Source: Carcharhinus amblyrhynchos (Eukaryota). Taken from it: a stretch of 64,000 bases of DNA. This document shows, one piece after another, positions 52,518 through 62,423 of this stretch; position 1 is the stretch's first letter, and every line of letters starts with the position of its first letter. A program made the translations under genes and the position numbers. Under the pieces are notes generated by a model. That model saw only the letters and a program-made list of their open reading frames with translations. It did no database searches and had not been told where the DNA came from. The stretch is taken from the NCBI GenBank assembly GCA_965287045.1, contig OZ336889.1, positions 16,554,001 to 16,618,000 of the forward strand, given 5' to 3'.

Positions 52518-55500
52518 GGGAGGGTGTGAGGGTAGGTGACATTACGGGGTCTAAAGTTAAGGAGACGGTACAAGTAAGGATAGAGGCCGAGGATGTCCCA
52601 ATAATAGAGGGAGTAAGGGGCATGAGTATGGTTGGTGGCGTTCCGGCAAATAAGGTCCAGGTGAAGGCTGGGATGAAGGCGCTTTATCTGAATGCGCGAA
52701 GCATTAGGAATAAAGTGGATGAGTTGGTGGCGCAGGTCGACACAAATGGATATGATCTGGTGGCCATTACAGAGACGTGGCTGCAAGGTGACAGGGACTG
52801 GGAGCTGAATGTCCAGGGGTATCAAGTGTTTAGGAAGGATAGGCGGGAGGAAAAAGGGGGGGGCGTAGCTCTGCTGATTAAGGATAGCATCAGGGTGGTA
52901 GCAAGGGATGATATTGGAGCCAAGGAGCAGAACGTGGAATCGTTGTGGGTAGAGATTAGGAACAGCAAAGGGAGGAAGACACTGGTGGATGTCGTCTGTA
53001 GACCCCGAATAATGATCTGGAGGTGGGGCGGGCTGTTAACGCACAAATAAGTGCGGCGTGCAGGAATGGGACGGCCGTAGTTATGGGGGATTTCAATCTG
53101 CACGTTGATTGGTCGACCCATGTTGGACGCGATGGGCTCGAGGAGGAGTTCTTGGAATGCTGCCGGGATAGTTTCCTGGAACAGTGTGTGTTGGAGCCGA
53201 CGAGGGAGCGAGCTATCTTGGATCTGGTGCTATGTAATGAGGCGGGTAGAATTAGGGAACTTGTGGTGAAGGATCCTCTTGGGGAGAGTGATCATTGTAT
53301 GGTGGAGTTTCTGGTGCAGATGGAGGAGGAGAAAGTGGGTTCCCGGACACGCGTCCTTTGTTTGAACAGAGGGGAGTACGGTAGGATGAGAGAGGAATTG
53401 GCGAATGTGGACTGGGGGAGCGCGTTGGAAGGTAGGTCTGCTGAGGAGCAGTGGAGGATCTTTAAGGAGATCTTTCTTGGTGCTCAGCAGAAATTTATTC
53501 CGATGGTCAAAAAGGATCGTAGGAGGAGAGGTAATAAGCCGTGGATAACGAAGGAGGTGAAGGAAAGTGTTAAATTAAAAGCGGAGGCGTTTAGAGTAGC
53601 TAAGAGTAGTGGGCGAGAAGAGGATTGAGAGAGGTTTAAATGTCAACAAAGATTGACAAAGAAGTTGATAAAGAAGGGTAGGAGAAACTATGAAGCTGGG
53701 CTAGCGCTTAATGTAAAAAAGATAGCAAGAGTTTTTATAAATATATAAAAAGGAAGAGGCTGGCTAGGGTGAACGTTAGACCCTTAGAGGATGAGAAGGG
53801 GGTCTTAGTGGTAGGGGGTGGGGAAATGGCTGAGGTCTTGAATAACTTTTTTGCTTCTGTCTTCACGGAGGAGGACGTGAATAATTTGCCGGATGTTAGA
53901 GATGGAAAGGTGGTAGGACTGGAAGGTCTCGATGACATTACTGTTACTAGAGAGGTGGTGCTCGGCAGACTGGAGGGGCTGATTGTGGACAAGTCCCCAG
54001 GACCGGATGGAATGCATCCGAGGGTCCTGAAAGAAATGGCGGAGGTGATAGTGGATGCCTTGGTGGTTATTTTCCAGACGTCACTGGATTCCGGGGAAGT
54101 GCCGGAAGATTGGAAAACGGCTAATGTTACGCCGTTGTTTAAGAAGGGTGCCAGGCAAAAGGCGGGGAATTATAGGCCTGTTAGTTTAACGTCTGTTGTA
54201 GGTAAAATGTTAGAATCCGTCATCAAGGAGGAAATAGCGAGGCAACTTGAGGGGAACTGCTTGATAGAGCAGACGCAGCACGGTTTCGTTAAAGGGAAGT
54301 CGTGTCTGACAAATTTACTGGAGTTCTATGAGGATGTGTCTAGGGCGGTGGATAGAGGAGAGCCGGTGGATGTGGTCTTTCTTGATTTTCAGAAGGCGTT
54401 TGACAAGGTACCTCACAAGAGGTTATTGCAGAAGGTCAGGGGGCATGGAGTTGGGGGTAGGGTGTTAGCGTGGATAGAGGACTGGTTGTCAAATCGGAGG
54501 CAGAGTGGGGGTCAATGGGTGCTATTCGGATTGGCGGATGGTGACTAGTGGAGTGCCCCAGGGGTCAGTGCTGGGGCCTCAGCTATTTACCATTTATATA
54601 GATGATCTGGAAGAGGGAACTGAGTGTAGGGTGTCGAAATTTGCTGATGACACCAAAATTGGTGGAAAGGCAAATTGTGCGGAGGGTGGGGAGAGTCTGC
54701 AGAAGGATCTAGATAGGCTGGGCGAATGGGCCAGGAAATGGCAGATGGAATTTAATGTTGGCAAGTGCAAGGTGGTCCACTTTGGTAGGAATAATGGTAG
54801 GAAGGATTATTGCTTGCGTGGAGAAAAACTGCAGCAGGTGACGGTGCAGAGGGACCTCGGGGTCCTTGTGCATGAGTTGCAAAAACCCAGCTTGCAGGTA
54901 TAGCTGGTGGTCAGGAAGGCGAATGGGATGCTGGACTTCATCGCGAGGGGGATTGAATATAAAAGTAGGGAGGTCTTGCTGCGGCTGTATAGGGCATTGG
55001 TGAGGCCGCAGCTGGAGTACTGTGTGCAGTTTTGGGCGCCGTACTTACGCAAGGATATTTTGGCCTTGGAGGGAGTGCAGAGGAGGTTTACTAGGCTGAT
55101 GCCGGAGTTGAGGGGGTTGAGCTATGAGGAGAGGCTGAATAAATTAGGCTTGTACTCGTTAGAGTTTAGAAGAATGAGGGGAGATCTCATTGAGATGTAT
55201 AAGATGATGAATGGGATGGATAGGATAGAGGTGGAGAGACTCTTCCCGCTCAGAAAGGATAGTAGGACTAGGGGGCACAGCCTCAAGATAAAGGGGGTGC
55301 GGTTTAGAACGGAGTTGAGGAGGAACTTCTTCACTCAAAGGGTGGTGAATCTCTGGAATTCTCTGCCCGTTGAAGTGGTGGAGGCTACCTCGCTAAATAT
55401 TTTTACGACGCGGGTTGATGGGTTTTTGATAAGAGAGGGGATTAAGGGTTATGGGGAGAGGGTGGGAATGTGGAACTGAACCACGACAGATCAGCCATGA

Positions 55501-55568
55501 TCTTATTGAATGGCGGGGCAGGCTCGAAGGGCTAGTTGGCCTACTCCTGCTCCTATTTCTTATGCTCT
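52518..55568 (+). mobile_element. Young CR1 family A copy with nearly intact ORF2
   Basis: Complete APE (YLNARSIRNK, AITETW, MGDFN, SDH) and RT (FADDTK); few lesions (frameshifts near 53005, 53720, 54500; stops at 53626 and 54901); CpG-rich. Confidence 0.97.
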
Positions 55569-57014
55569 TGTGTCATTGTGCACAGCTGCACCCTGACTCA
55601 GCCCTCACCCCACCCCTTGGCGCACTGATTGACTGGCTCGGCAAGCTGGTAAGATCGCGCTCTTAATCTTTTAATACGTTTGTGATGTTTTCCTCACTTC
55701 TCATGACTTGCCTTCTGTTTTGTTTAAACCACTTGTGTATGAAGATTTACCTTGCATGTCTCCAGACTTGCTTGACATTAGTTAGTTAACCACCCCAACC
55801 CATCTTGTGTGTAGCAGAGATTAATGCAGGGTTCTTCATTCAACTGCCTATTCTTGAAATGCAATCCAACCATGATTTTTTAGGCTATTAACAGTGTGTG
55901 CATTACTACTTAGCCCTTGCCTGTCTTTATGTCCACATACATGCAAATGAATGCATGAAGTTTCTAGCAGTAGTTGCTGGATTGTGATTAGGAGTACATA
56001 ACAGAGAGGTTAATTTTATAGTTTTTACCATTACGTTAACAAACCTGAGTTCTTCCTGTTCTGCATGAGGCTCTAATAAAGTGCTTTTTATAATGAGTCA
56101 TGAGGAGGAGAATGAGTTGGAAGAGAAATGGGGGTGGGAGGAATCTACCAGCCATAAGCCAGCATTTAATAGGTTTCATTTCTTAAGTTATAAAGTGATT
56201 TTGAGGGAGGAGCTTCAACTAGTTGTAGATCCAAAATATTATGTGAAAGTATAATTGGGATCTTACCAATTGTTAGTTGTGGAAAGTAATAGTGGAAATT
56301 AGACATATCTGTAAATAGGGAAGTTAGATGACCAATTTGGCTGTTTATGATCTTTAATACTTAGCAAGAGCATAAAGGGGTTTACGAGAAGGTTGTCTAC
56401 CTTTTCATTTTGTTGATGAATGGAGTGTGGTATTCAGAGGAAATAAATTAAATGTTTTTTATTTAGTGTAAATAAAAAGTGTAAAAGGATGACAGTATTG
56501 TTTGATATCTAGTTTTAAGTCAAACTTTTTTTTTAAAAAAAGTCCCTCAACTAGCGTCTCTGAAACAGAGGGGGTGATTTTCTGGCCTTGCTGCACCTGG
56601 CGCAGATCAGGTCTATTCTGGAAAATTGTATGGAAGCTCTTGGGTGGCTGGGGACATGGCTGGCAATGCCCATCTGGTAGTTCCCACCTGGCATTTTGGC
56701 AGTGCCTGCCTGTGTACCAAGGCAGTGCCAAGGGGGTGGAGCCTGAGCAGGTGCTATGACATAGAATATGCAGGGAGAATCATGCAGGTGTGGAGCATGA
56801 AGAGGGGCCATATCAGGGTTCATGAAAGGGGCGTGATATCAGGAAGGAGGGGCATATCGGGGGGGCTCACTTGGAGGGCCCCAATGGCCTGATGCCGACA
56901 ATCCATGTTGGGAAGTAGGTAGGGAAGCACAATGCTGGTGATGGTGGTGGGGGGATGGGGGATGGTTTATGCCAGTGCGCTGAGAGATTGGAGCGCCTGT
57001 TAGAATTTAAGTTT

Positions 57015-57845
57015 CTTTGAGATCTCCTCTCTCGCTTCTAAACTCAAATGAATATGATTCTAACTGACTTAGTCTCTTCTCATATGACAACCCTGCCATC
57101 CCAGAATCAGCCTGGTAAACCTTTGCTGGACTCCCTCTATAGCAAGGACATCCTTCCTCAGATAAGGACACCAAAATTGCACACAATACTCCAGGTGTGA
57201 CCTCAGCAACACTCTATATACAATTGCAGTAAAACATTTCTATTCCAATATTCAAACCCTCTAGCTATGAAGGCCACAATACGATTAGCCTTCTTTGCCT
57301 GCTGACATGCACACTCACTTTTAGCAACTAGTGCATGAGGATACCAAAGTCTCGCTGAATATCCACCTCTCTCAATTTACCCTCATTCAAGTAATAATTT
57401 GTCTCCTATAATCTATCTTTCTATTATTGCTAACTGGACAATGTTACATTTGTCCACATTATACTGTATCTGTCATGCATATGCCCATTCAATCTGTCCA
57501 AATCATGTAGTAGCATCTCTGCGTCCTCCTCACAGTTCACCCTCTCACCCAACTTTGTATATTCTGCAGATCTGGAGATAATATCTTTAGTTCCCTCTTC
57601 CAAATCATGAATATGTAATGTGAACAGTTGGGGAACAGCATAGATCCCTGTGGTACCCCACTAGTCACTGTCATAGTCAGAAAAAGATAATTTATGCCAA
57701 CCCTTTGCTTTCTATTTGCTAACCAGCTTTCTATCCATCTCAAGACATCGCCTGCAATTCCATACTGTTTAACTTTATGTTGTAGTCTGCTGTGTGAGAC
57801 TTTGTCAAAAGCCTTCTGAAAGTCTAAATATAACACATCCACAGG
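57015..57845 (-). mobile_element. CR1 LINE RT fragment
   Basis: Minus ORF DVLYLDFQKAFDKVSH...WIESWLANRKQRVGIN...SGVPQGS. Confidence 0.9.
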
Positions 57846-58407
57846 ACCGGTAATATCAGGGGAAGCGAAAAACCAGTTGTGATCCTGCCTAATCTCACCA
57901 CCTCACCTCGCTGAAAGTCGGTGGGATGAAGTCATGATTATTTATGGGACATCACTATGCCCATTTCTTTCCACCAAAACAATGACTATGCATTGCAGCT
58001 ATTTCATAGGTTATAAAATATTTTGGGATATCATGAGGTCGTGAAAGATACTAGATGGATGAAATTCATTCTTTCCTTTATCTTGCCCTTATCAAAAGTT
58101 TGTAAAATGTATATGGGACATTATAAAAGATAAAAGTTATTTTTTCTATTTCCATGTCATATGATGTGGAAGCAACAATCAATTCATTTTAGTTTTTAAT
58201 TTCTTTTCATCAGCCATAAAGAAGATTTCAGAACTTGAGGCATGATTTTCCTCGTTTCTGATGAAAGGCTTGTAACATGAAGGGAGCGATCTTTCCAAAA
58301 AATTTCAAAGCGCTGAACAAGCTTGAAAACAGGAGAGAATCGCATTCTTGGCTGAGCTCCCAGAAGCAACCGTATGGCACTTAGAGAGCCCTGATGTGAC
58401 TCTTGCC

Positions 58408-58636
58408 GTAAAAAGTCTGACAACACCAGGTTTTAGTCCAACCTATTTATTTGATAATATTCTCACTAGCTTTCGAGGGGACAGCCTCTTCGTCAGGTGA
58501 ATGGAGAGTTCTGGCGAAGAGGCTGTCCCCTCGAAAGCTAGTGAGAATATTATCAAATAAATAGGTTGGACTAAAACCTGGTGTTGTCAGACTTTTTACT
58601 GTGTTTACGCCAGTCCAACGCCGGCATACCCACATC
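58408..58636. mobile_element. Short Penelope-like inverted-terminal-repeat insertion (hairpin) with 12-bp TSD
   Basis: Arms 58408-58496 and 58511-58599 (one mismatch), 37-nt PLE tail, flanked by gtgactcttgcc at 58396-58407 and 58637-58648. Confidence 0.92.
58462..58503 (-). ncRNA. Minimal type-I hammerhead ribozyme motif in PLE terminus
   Basis: Reverse complement ttcac-CTGACGA-a-GAGG ctgtcc CCTC-GAAA-gc-TA-gtgag; stem I tcac/gtga. Confidence 0.7.
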
Positions 58637-58704
58637 GTGACTCTTGCCAGCAGGAGGAGGGATGGAGCCTATTTACACCAGGAAGCCAGCTGCTAGGCTC
58701 CAGG

Positions 58705-58928
58705 GATATGCGTATATGGAATGAGCTGCCAGAGTGGTTGAGGCAGGTTCAAAAGCAACTTTTAAAAAGCATTTGGATATTTACATAGATGGAAAAGATA
58801 TAAAGGATTCGAGGGATATGGGCCAAATGCGGACAATTGGGACTAGCTGGGAGGGCACCATGGTTGGCATGGACTGGTTGGGCCGATGGACCTGTTTCTG
58901 TGCTGTATTGCTCTACGACTATATGACA
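58705..58928 (+). mobile_element. CR1 3' end fragment
   Basis: WNELP.VVEAGSKATFKKHLD motif and gggccgatggacctgtttctgtgctgta...ctatatgac tail. Confidence 0.8.
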
Positions 58929-59286
58929 CCATTGCGCAGGTACCCCAATCTCCCACATTGTGTACAATGTCTATGCAGTGCACTGGGAGATCTGTCAGTC
59001 CCCCGCCCTGGACATCACCCCAGCTGATTCCACCCCTCCTGCTTTGCTCCCTTTGCTGCCCTGGCTGGTCCCCTCCCCTGCTGCCTTGGCAGTGCCTGGA
59101 GCCTGATGGGCAGTGTCAGGGTGTCCAGTGGGCACTGACAGGGTGCCAGGCTGGCATTTCCTGGTCCTGCCCCCAATCACTAGGGAGGCTGTAAAGGCCT
59201 CCGGTCCCACCAGTGAAGCGAGCTGGTAAGATTGCCCCCTCAGCATTTCCACAAATATTGCCTAACCTCTTGGTTATGTCCAGCTA

Positions 59287-59583
59287 GGGTGGTGTGGTGG
59301 CACAGTGATTAGCACTGCTGCCTGAGAGTGCCAGGGACCAGGGTTTGATTCCTGGCATGGGTCACTGTGTAGAGTTTGCATGTTCTCCGTGTGTCTGCAT
59401 GGGTTTTCTCTGGGTTCTCTAGTTTCTTTCCATGGTCCAAAAGACTTGTTGCTTAGGTGCAGTGGCATGCTAAATTCTCCCTCTATACCGGAACAGGTGC
59501 TGGAGTGTGGCGACTAGGGGATTTCCACGGTAACTTCATTGCATTGTTAACATAAGTCTACTTGTGACAATAATGAATAATGA
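59287..59583 (+). mobile_element. HE1-like SINE (alternative-tail subfamily)
   Basis: tggcacagtgattagcactgctgcc, gggtttgattcc, V-core and shared tail. Confidence 0.9.
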
Positions 59584-59726
59584 TAAAGCTATTTTTTATT
59601 TAATGTTTTCAACGTCTGTAGAATTTTGCTTTTGCATTATGTTCTCTGTCTGGTTTAGAATTGGCATACAATAATTTTATCCGAATCTAACTTAATTTTT
59701 TTTCCTTTTTTTCTCCCCTGAAACAG

Positions 59727-59887
59727 CTTGAGGTGACTGATGACCTAGATGAACGCAGACTTATTCGTTCCACTATATGTGAACTGAGAAGGAAGGAGCT
59801 GAAAGGAATGGAGGAAGCGCTATCCTCCAAACGCTTTCGTTCTGAAAGAACAAATGAACGCCTTGAAAACAAAGAGAATCGTCTACG
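59727..59887 (+). CDS. SMTN: Smoothelin internal coding exon (N-terminal smoothelin repeat region, long/B-type isoform)
   Basis: Polypyrimidine tract and acceptor (ttttttctcccctgaaacag|CTT), donor CG|GTAAGG at 59888. Open frame LEVTDDLDERRLIRSTICELRRKELKGMEEALSSKRFRSERTNERLENKENRL(R) matches recalled human smoothelin LEVTADLAERRRIRSAIRELQRQELEREEEALASKRFRAERQDNKENWL. Phase 0 start, phase 2 end. Confidence 0.93.
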
Positions 59888-60344
59888 GTAAGGCTATGTG
59901 CAGTATGTGAGTTTAAATAATCTTAAGTAAAAACTGATGCACGTCTTGTATGTAAACTTCCCTCCTGGTCTCTCTGGTACAAAAAAAATGTATACCTCAT
60001 CAGTAGATTTTCTGATAGCTCAGCAGGGAAATGTACTGCTGATGTTGACCTGGGCCATGCAGATAAGCAATTCCAAAGGATTAAATAATGATCTATGCCT
60101 TGTGCTTGTTATCTCAGCTGAGGCATTATTGGAAGCGCCACTTCATACACGTGTGTCTCCAGGTTAGGGTGAGAGAAAGGCAGTTTGTAATCATTGCTGA
60201 AAAGTGCACTGTGTGGTTGTTGTGTGAGGACAGAATTGGACTCTATAGTTTGTCTGGTCAAGCTACTTACCCACATGGCTTTTGCATAAAAGAATGACCA
60301 TTCAAATTAGAGCTGGAAATAGTTGATACTGTTCATAACACCTT

Positions 60345-60890
60345 GAGTGGAATTCTAACATATCATGGCAAGGGGGTGGGAATGTGGAGTGTTTTCCACT
60401 GAGGTGGAAAAACACACCAAATTTTCTGGCTCCAATCTCATGAATTGTGCACCCATCAGTTTCATGCTGTATTCAGTGGTGGGACAGGCTTGGATAGCAT
60501 GTAGAGCACCGTCATGTCCAGATGCCATACTGGCTGCTGGCATGTTCCAGGGTCCAGGGTTGCCTTCGGTCTCCATCCAGAGCTCCAGTGGCAGCCTCAG
60601 GCATTGTTCATGTGAGTCTTAACATCTGCGCGCCACATTGTTTAAAATGTGTTTCATACCGGCATGGTTTCCTGCTGGCATTGCAGAGAATCTGACATGG
60701 GGGAAGGGAGTTAAGGCCTTCAATTACAGGTTCATGTTGATCTCTGGTGGTTTTTATGACTTGCCATGGTGGGTTCCAGTGGAAGATCCCACCGTAAAGT
60801 CACACTGGAGTGAAACTGATCTTTGGGCTTCTCGTCTGCCCCATGCCTGCCATTAAACTCGCCAGCACAGAGTTGGGAGAATTCTGCCTC
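60345..60890. mobile_element. Harbinger-type MITE
   Basis: Imperfect TIRs gagtggaattct / gggagaattctgcc, similar to the TIR at 310/810. Confidence 0.45.
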
Positions 60891-61575
60891 TTGTTGAAGG
60901 TTGTTAACAATTATGATGCATAGACTTCAAATGTAAAATGACTGGAGCAAAGAAAAGCAGAGGTACCAATTGATCCTTGATTCAAACATCAGCTCTCATT
61001 TGTTACAAAAAAAATTAAACCTGTGTTTGGGACACAATGAGAAGTCCATGAATCTTGACTAAGACAGAATCACACACTCTGATAACACGCTTTTCAACAC
61101 GCTAAAAATAAGTTCGCGAAGAATAAAAGCAGTGCCAATGTTTTAAGAGTGACCAGCTGTAACGAGCTGAACTCAAATTGTTTCCTTATTAATTCCAGAG
61201 AAATATTGCTGCAGTGTGAATTAGTACAGAGATTCATGAGAGTGTACAACAGTTGTAACTTTGAAAACATTATATCATCTTTCTATTTCCGGAAAACTTA
61301 AATGTATGTCCCATTTGAATAAACTCAGAGGGGTGGAGTAAAGCTCCCCTGCAGGTGGATTTGAACATGGTGGGGGGCGGGCTTTTAAATCCAGCAGGTA
61401 GCCTGTCCACCACCTTCCACCACCCCGTGCCATTGTAGTTTCTGTGCCTGGGGGCAGGATCAGCTAGGCCACCTTTCAGTGGGCAATTGAAGCCCTTAAA
61501 TGAGCAATTAATGCCTACTTAAATATTATGTTACTTTGTTCTCTATCAATACAGACAAAGCTGAAAATGGATGTG

Positions 61576-61595
61576 ATGACCCTCATGAGGGTCAT
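61576..61595. repeat. Perfect 20-bp palindrome atgaccctcatgagggtcat (ER6-like nuclear receptor element)
   Basis: Self-reverse-complementary; TGACCC-N6-GGGTCA. Confidence 0.8.
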
Positions 61596-61605
61596 TGGGA
61601 ATCAC

Positions 61606-61933
61606 TTATTTTTTTATTTATTAGCATTATGAGTAAGCTTACATTAACATTGCAATGAAGGTACTGTGAAAATACCCTCGTTGCCATACTCCGGCGCCTA
61701 TTCAGGTACGCTGAGGGAGAATTTAGCATGGCCAGTGCACCTAACCAGCCAGTCTTTCAGACTGTGGGAGGAAACCGGAGTACCTGGAGGAAACCCATGC
61801 AGACATGGGGAGAACATGCAGACTCTGCATGGGCAGTGACATAAGCCAGGATTCAAACCCAGGTCCCTGGCACTATGTGGCAACAGTGCTAACCATTGTG
61901 TCACCCCTGTGCCACTGTGCCACCCTGCCACCC
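61606..61933 (-). mobile_element. HE1-like SINE (alternative-tail subfamily), inverted relative to the 59287 copy
   Basis: Reverse complement contains tggttagcactg, gggtttgaatcc, V-core and the same tail with poly-A. Confidence 0.9.
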
Positions 61934-62387
61934 CAATTGATCTCCCTAAGAGCCTCACTGAGTTCCACTGGTAACAGGTAATAAGTTGCCCAGCTGGAAT
62001 TCATTACATAAGCCTTTTATAAGGCAGACTCAGGATTGGACCTGCAGAATTGCAGTCCCAGGCTGGGTCTGGTGGATATACACCACAGTAGTGGGCTTTT
62101 GGAATTATTGCATTGTCTAATTTGTTTTTACATGGAGGAGGGGAAAGAAAAAGCAGCCGCTGAGGAGTTACTGCTCTATATTACCTGCCTGCAACTTGTG
62201 CTGCGGGGCCCAGAACATTTCACCTGGAGAAAAGGATGTGTCCTGCAACTGCTTTTGGAGCTACTGCAGTGAGCTGCTCCTAGTTGGGGAGAGAGAGACT
62301 AGGATTGCAAAAGCCTGAGGCTGCACAACCTGCAACGAGAGAGAGGAGCTGTAAAACTGCATCTGGACTTGCTGCCACCATCTAAAT

Positions 62388-62422
62388 AGTCTCACAATAC
62401 CAGGTTAATGTCCTACAGGTTT
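62388..62422 (-). mobile_element. Penelope terminal-repeat stub cut by RTE insertion
   Basis: agtctcacaataccaggttaatgtcctacaggttt matches the starts of the 17723 and 58408 elements. Confidence 0.6.
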
Positions 62423-62423
62423 C

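Larger units (their letters stand above)
58282..59239. mobile_element. Harbinger-type MITE hosting PLE and CR1 insertions
   Basis: Imperfect TIRs gggagcgatctttcc / ggtaagattgccccc. Confidence 0.5.

Noticed and set aside
55645-55655. AAGCTG|GTAAG resembling the end of the SMTN ATG exon (KL|GT)
   Set aside because: The motif recurs near 33205 and 59221 as part of a transposon terminus, and upstream codons do not match.
58214-58345. Apparent decayed duplicate of the SMTN exon (cttgaaaacaggagagaatcg versus cttgaaaacaaagagaatcg) behind a good acceptor
   Set aside because: Stops in all three frames after the acceptor; the similar stretch begins at a Harbinger-type TIR (gggagcgatctttcc) and needs several gaps, so it is probably coincidental.
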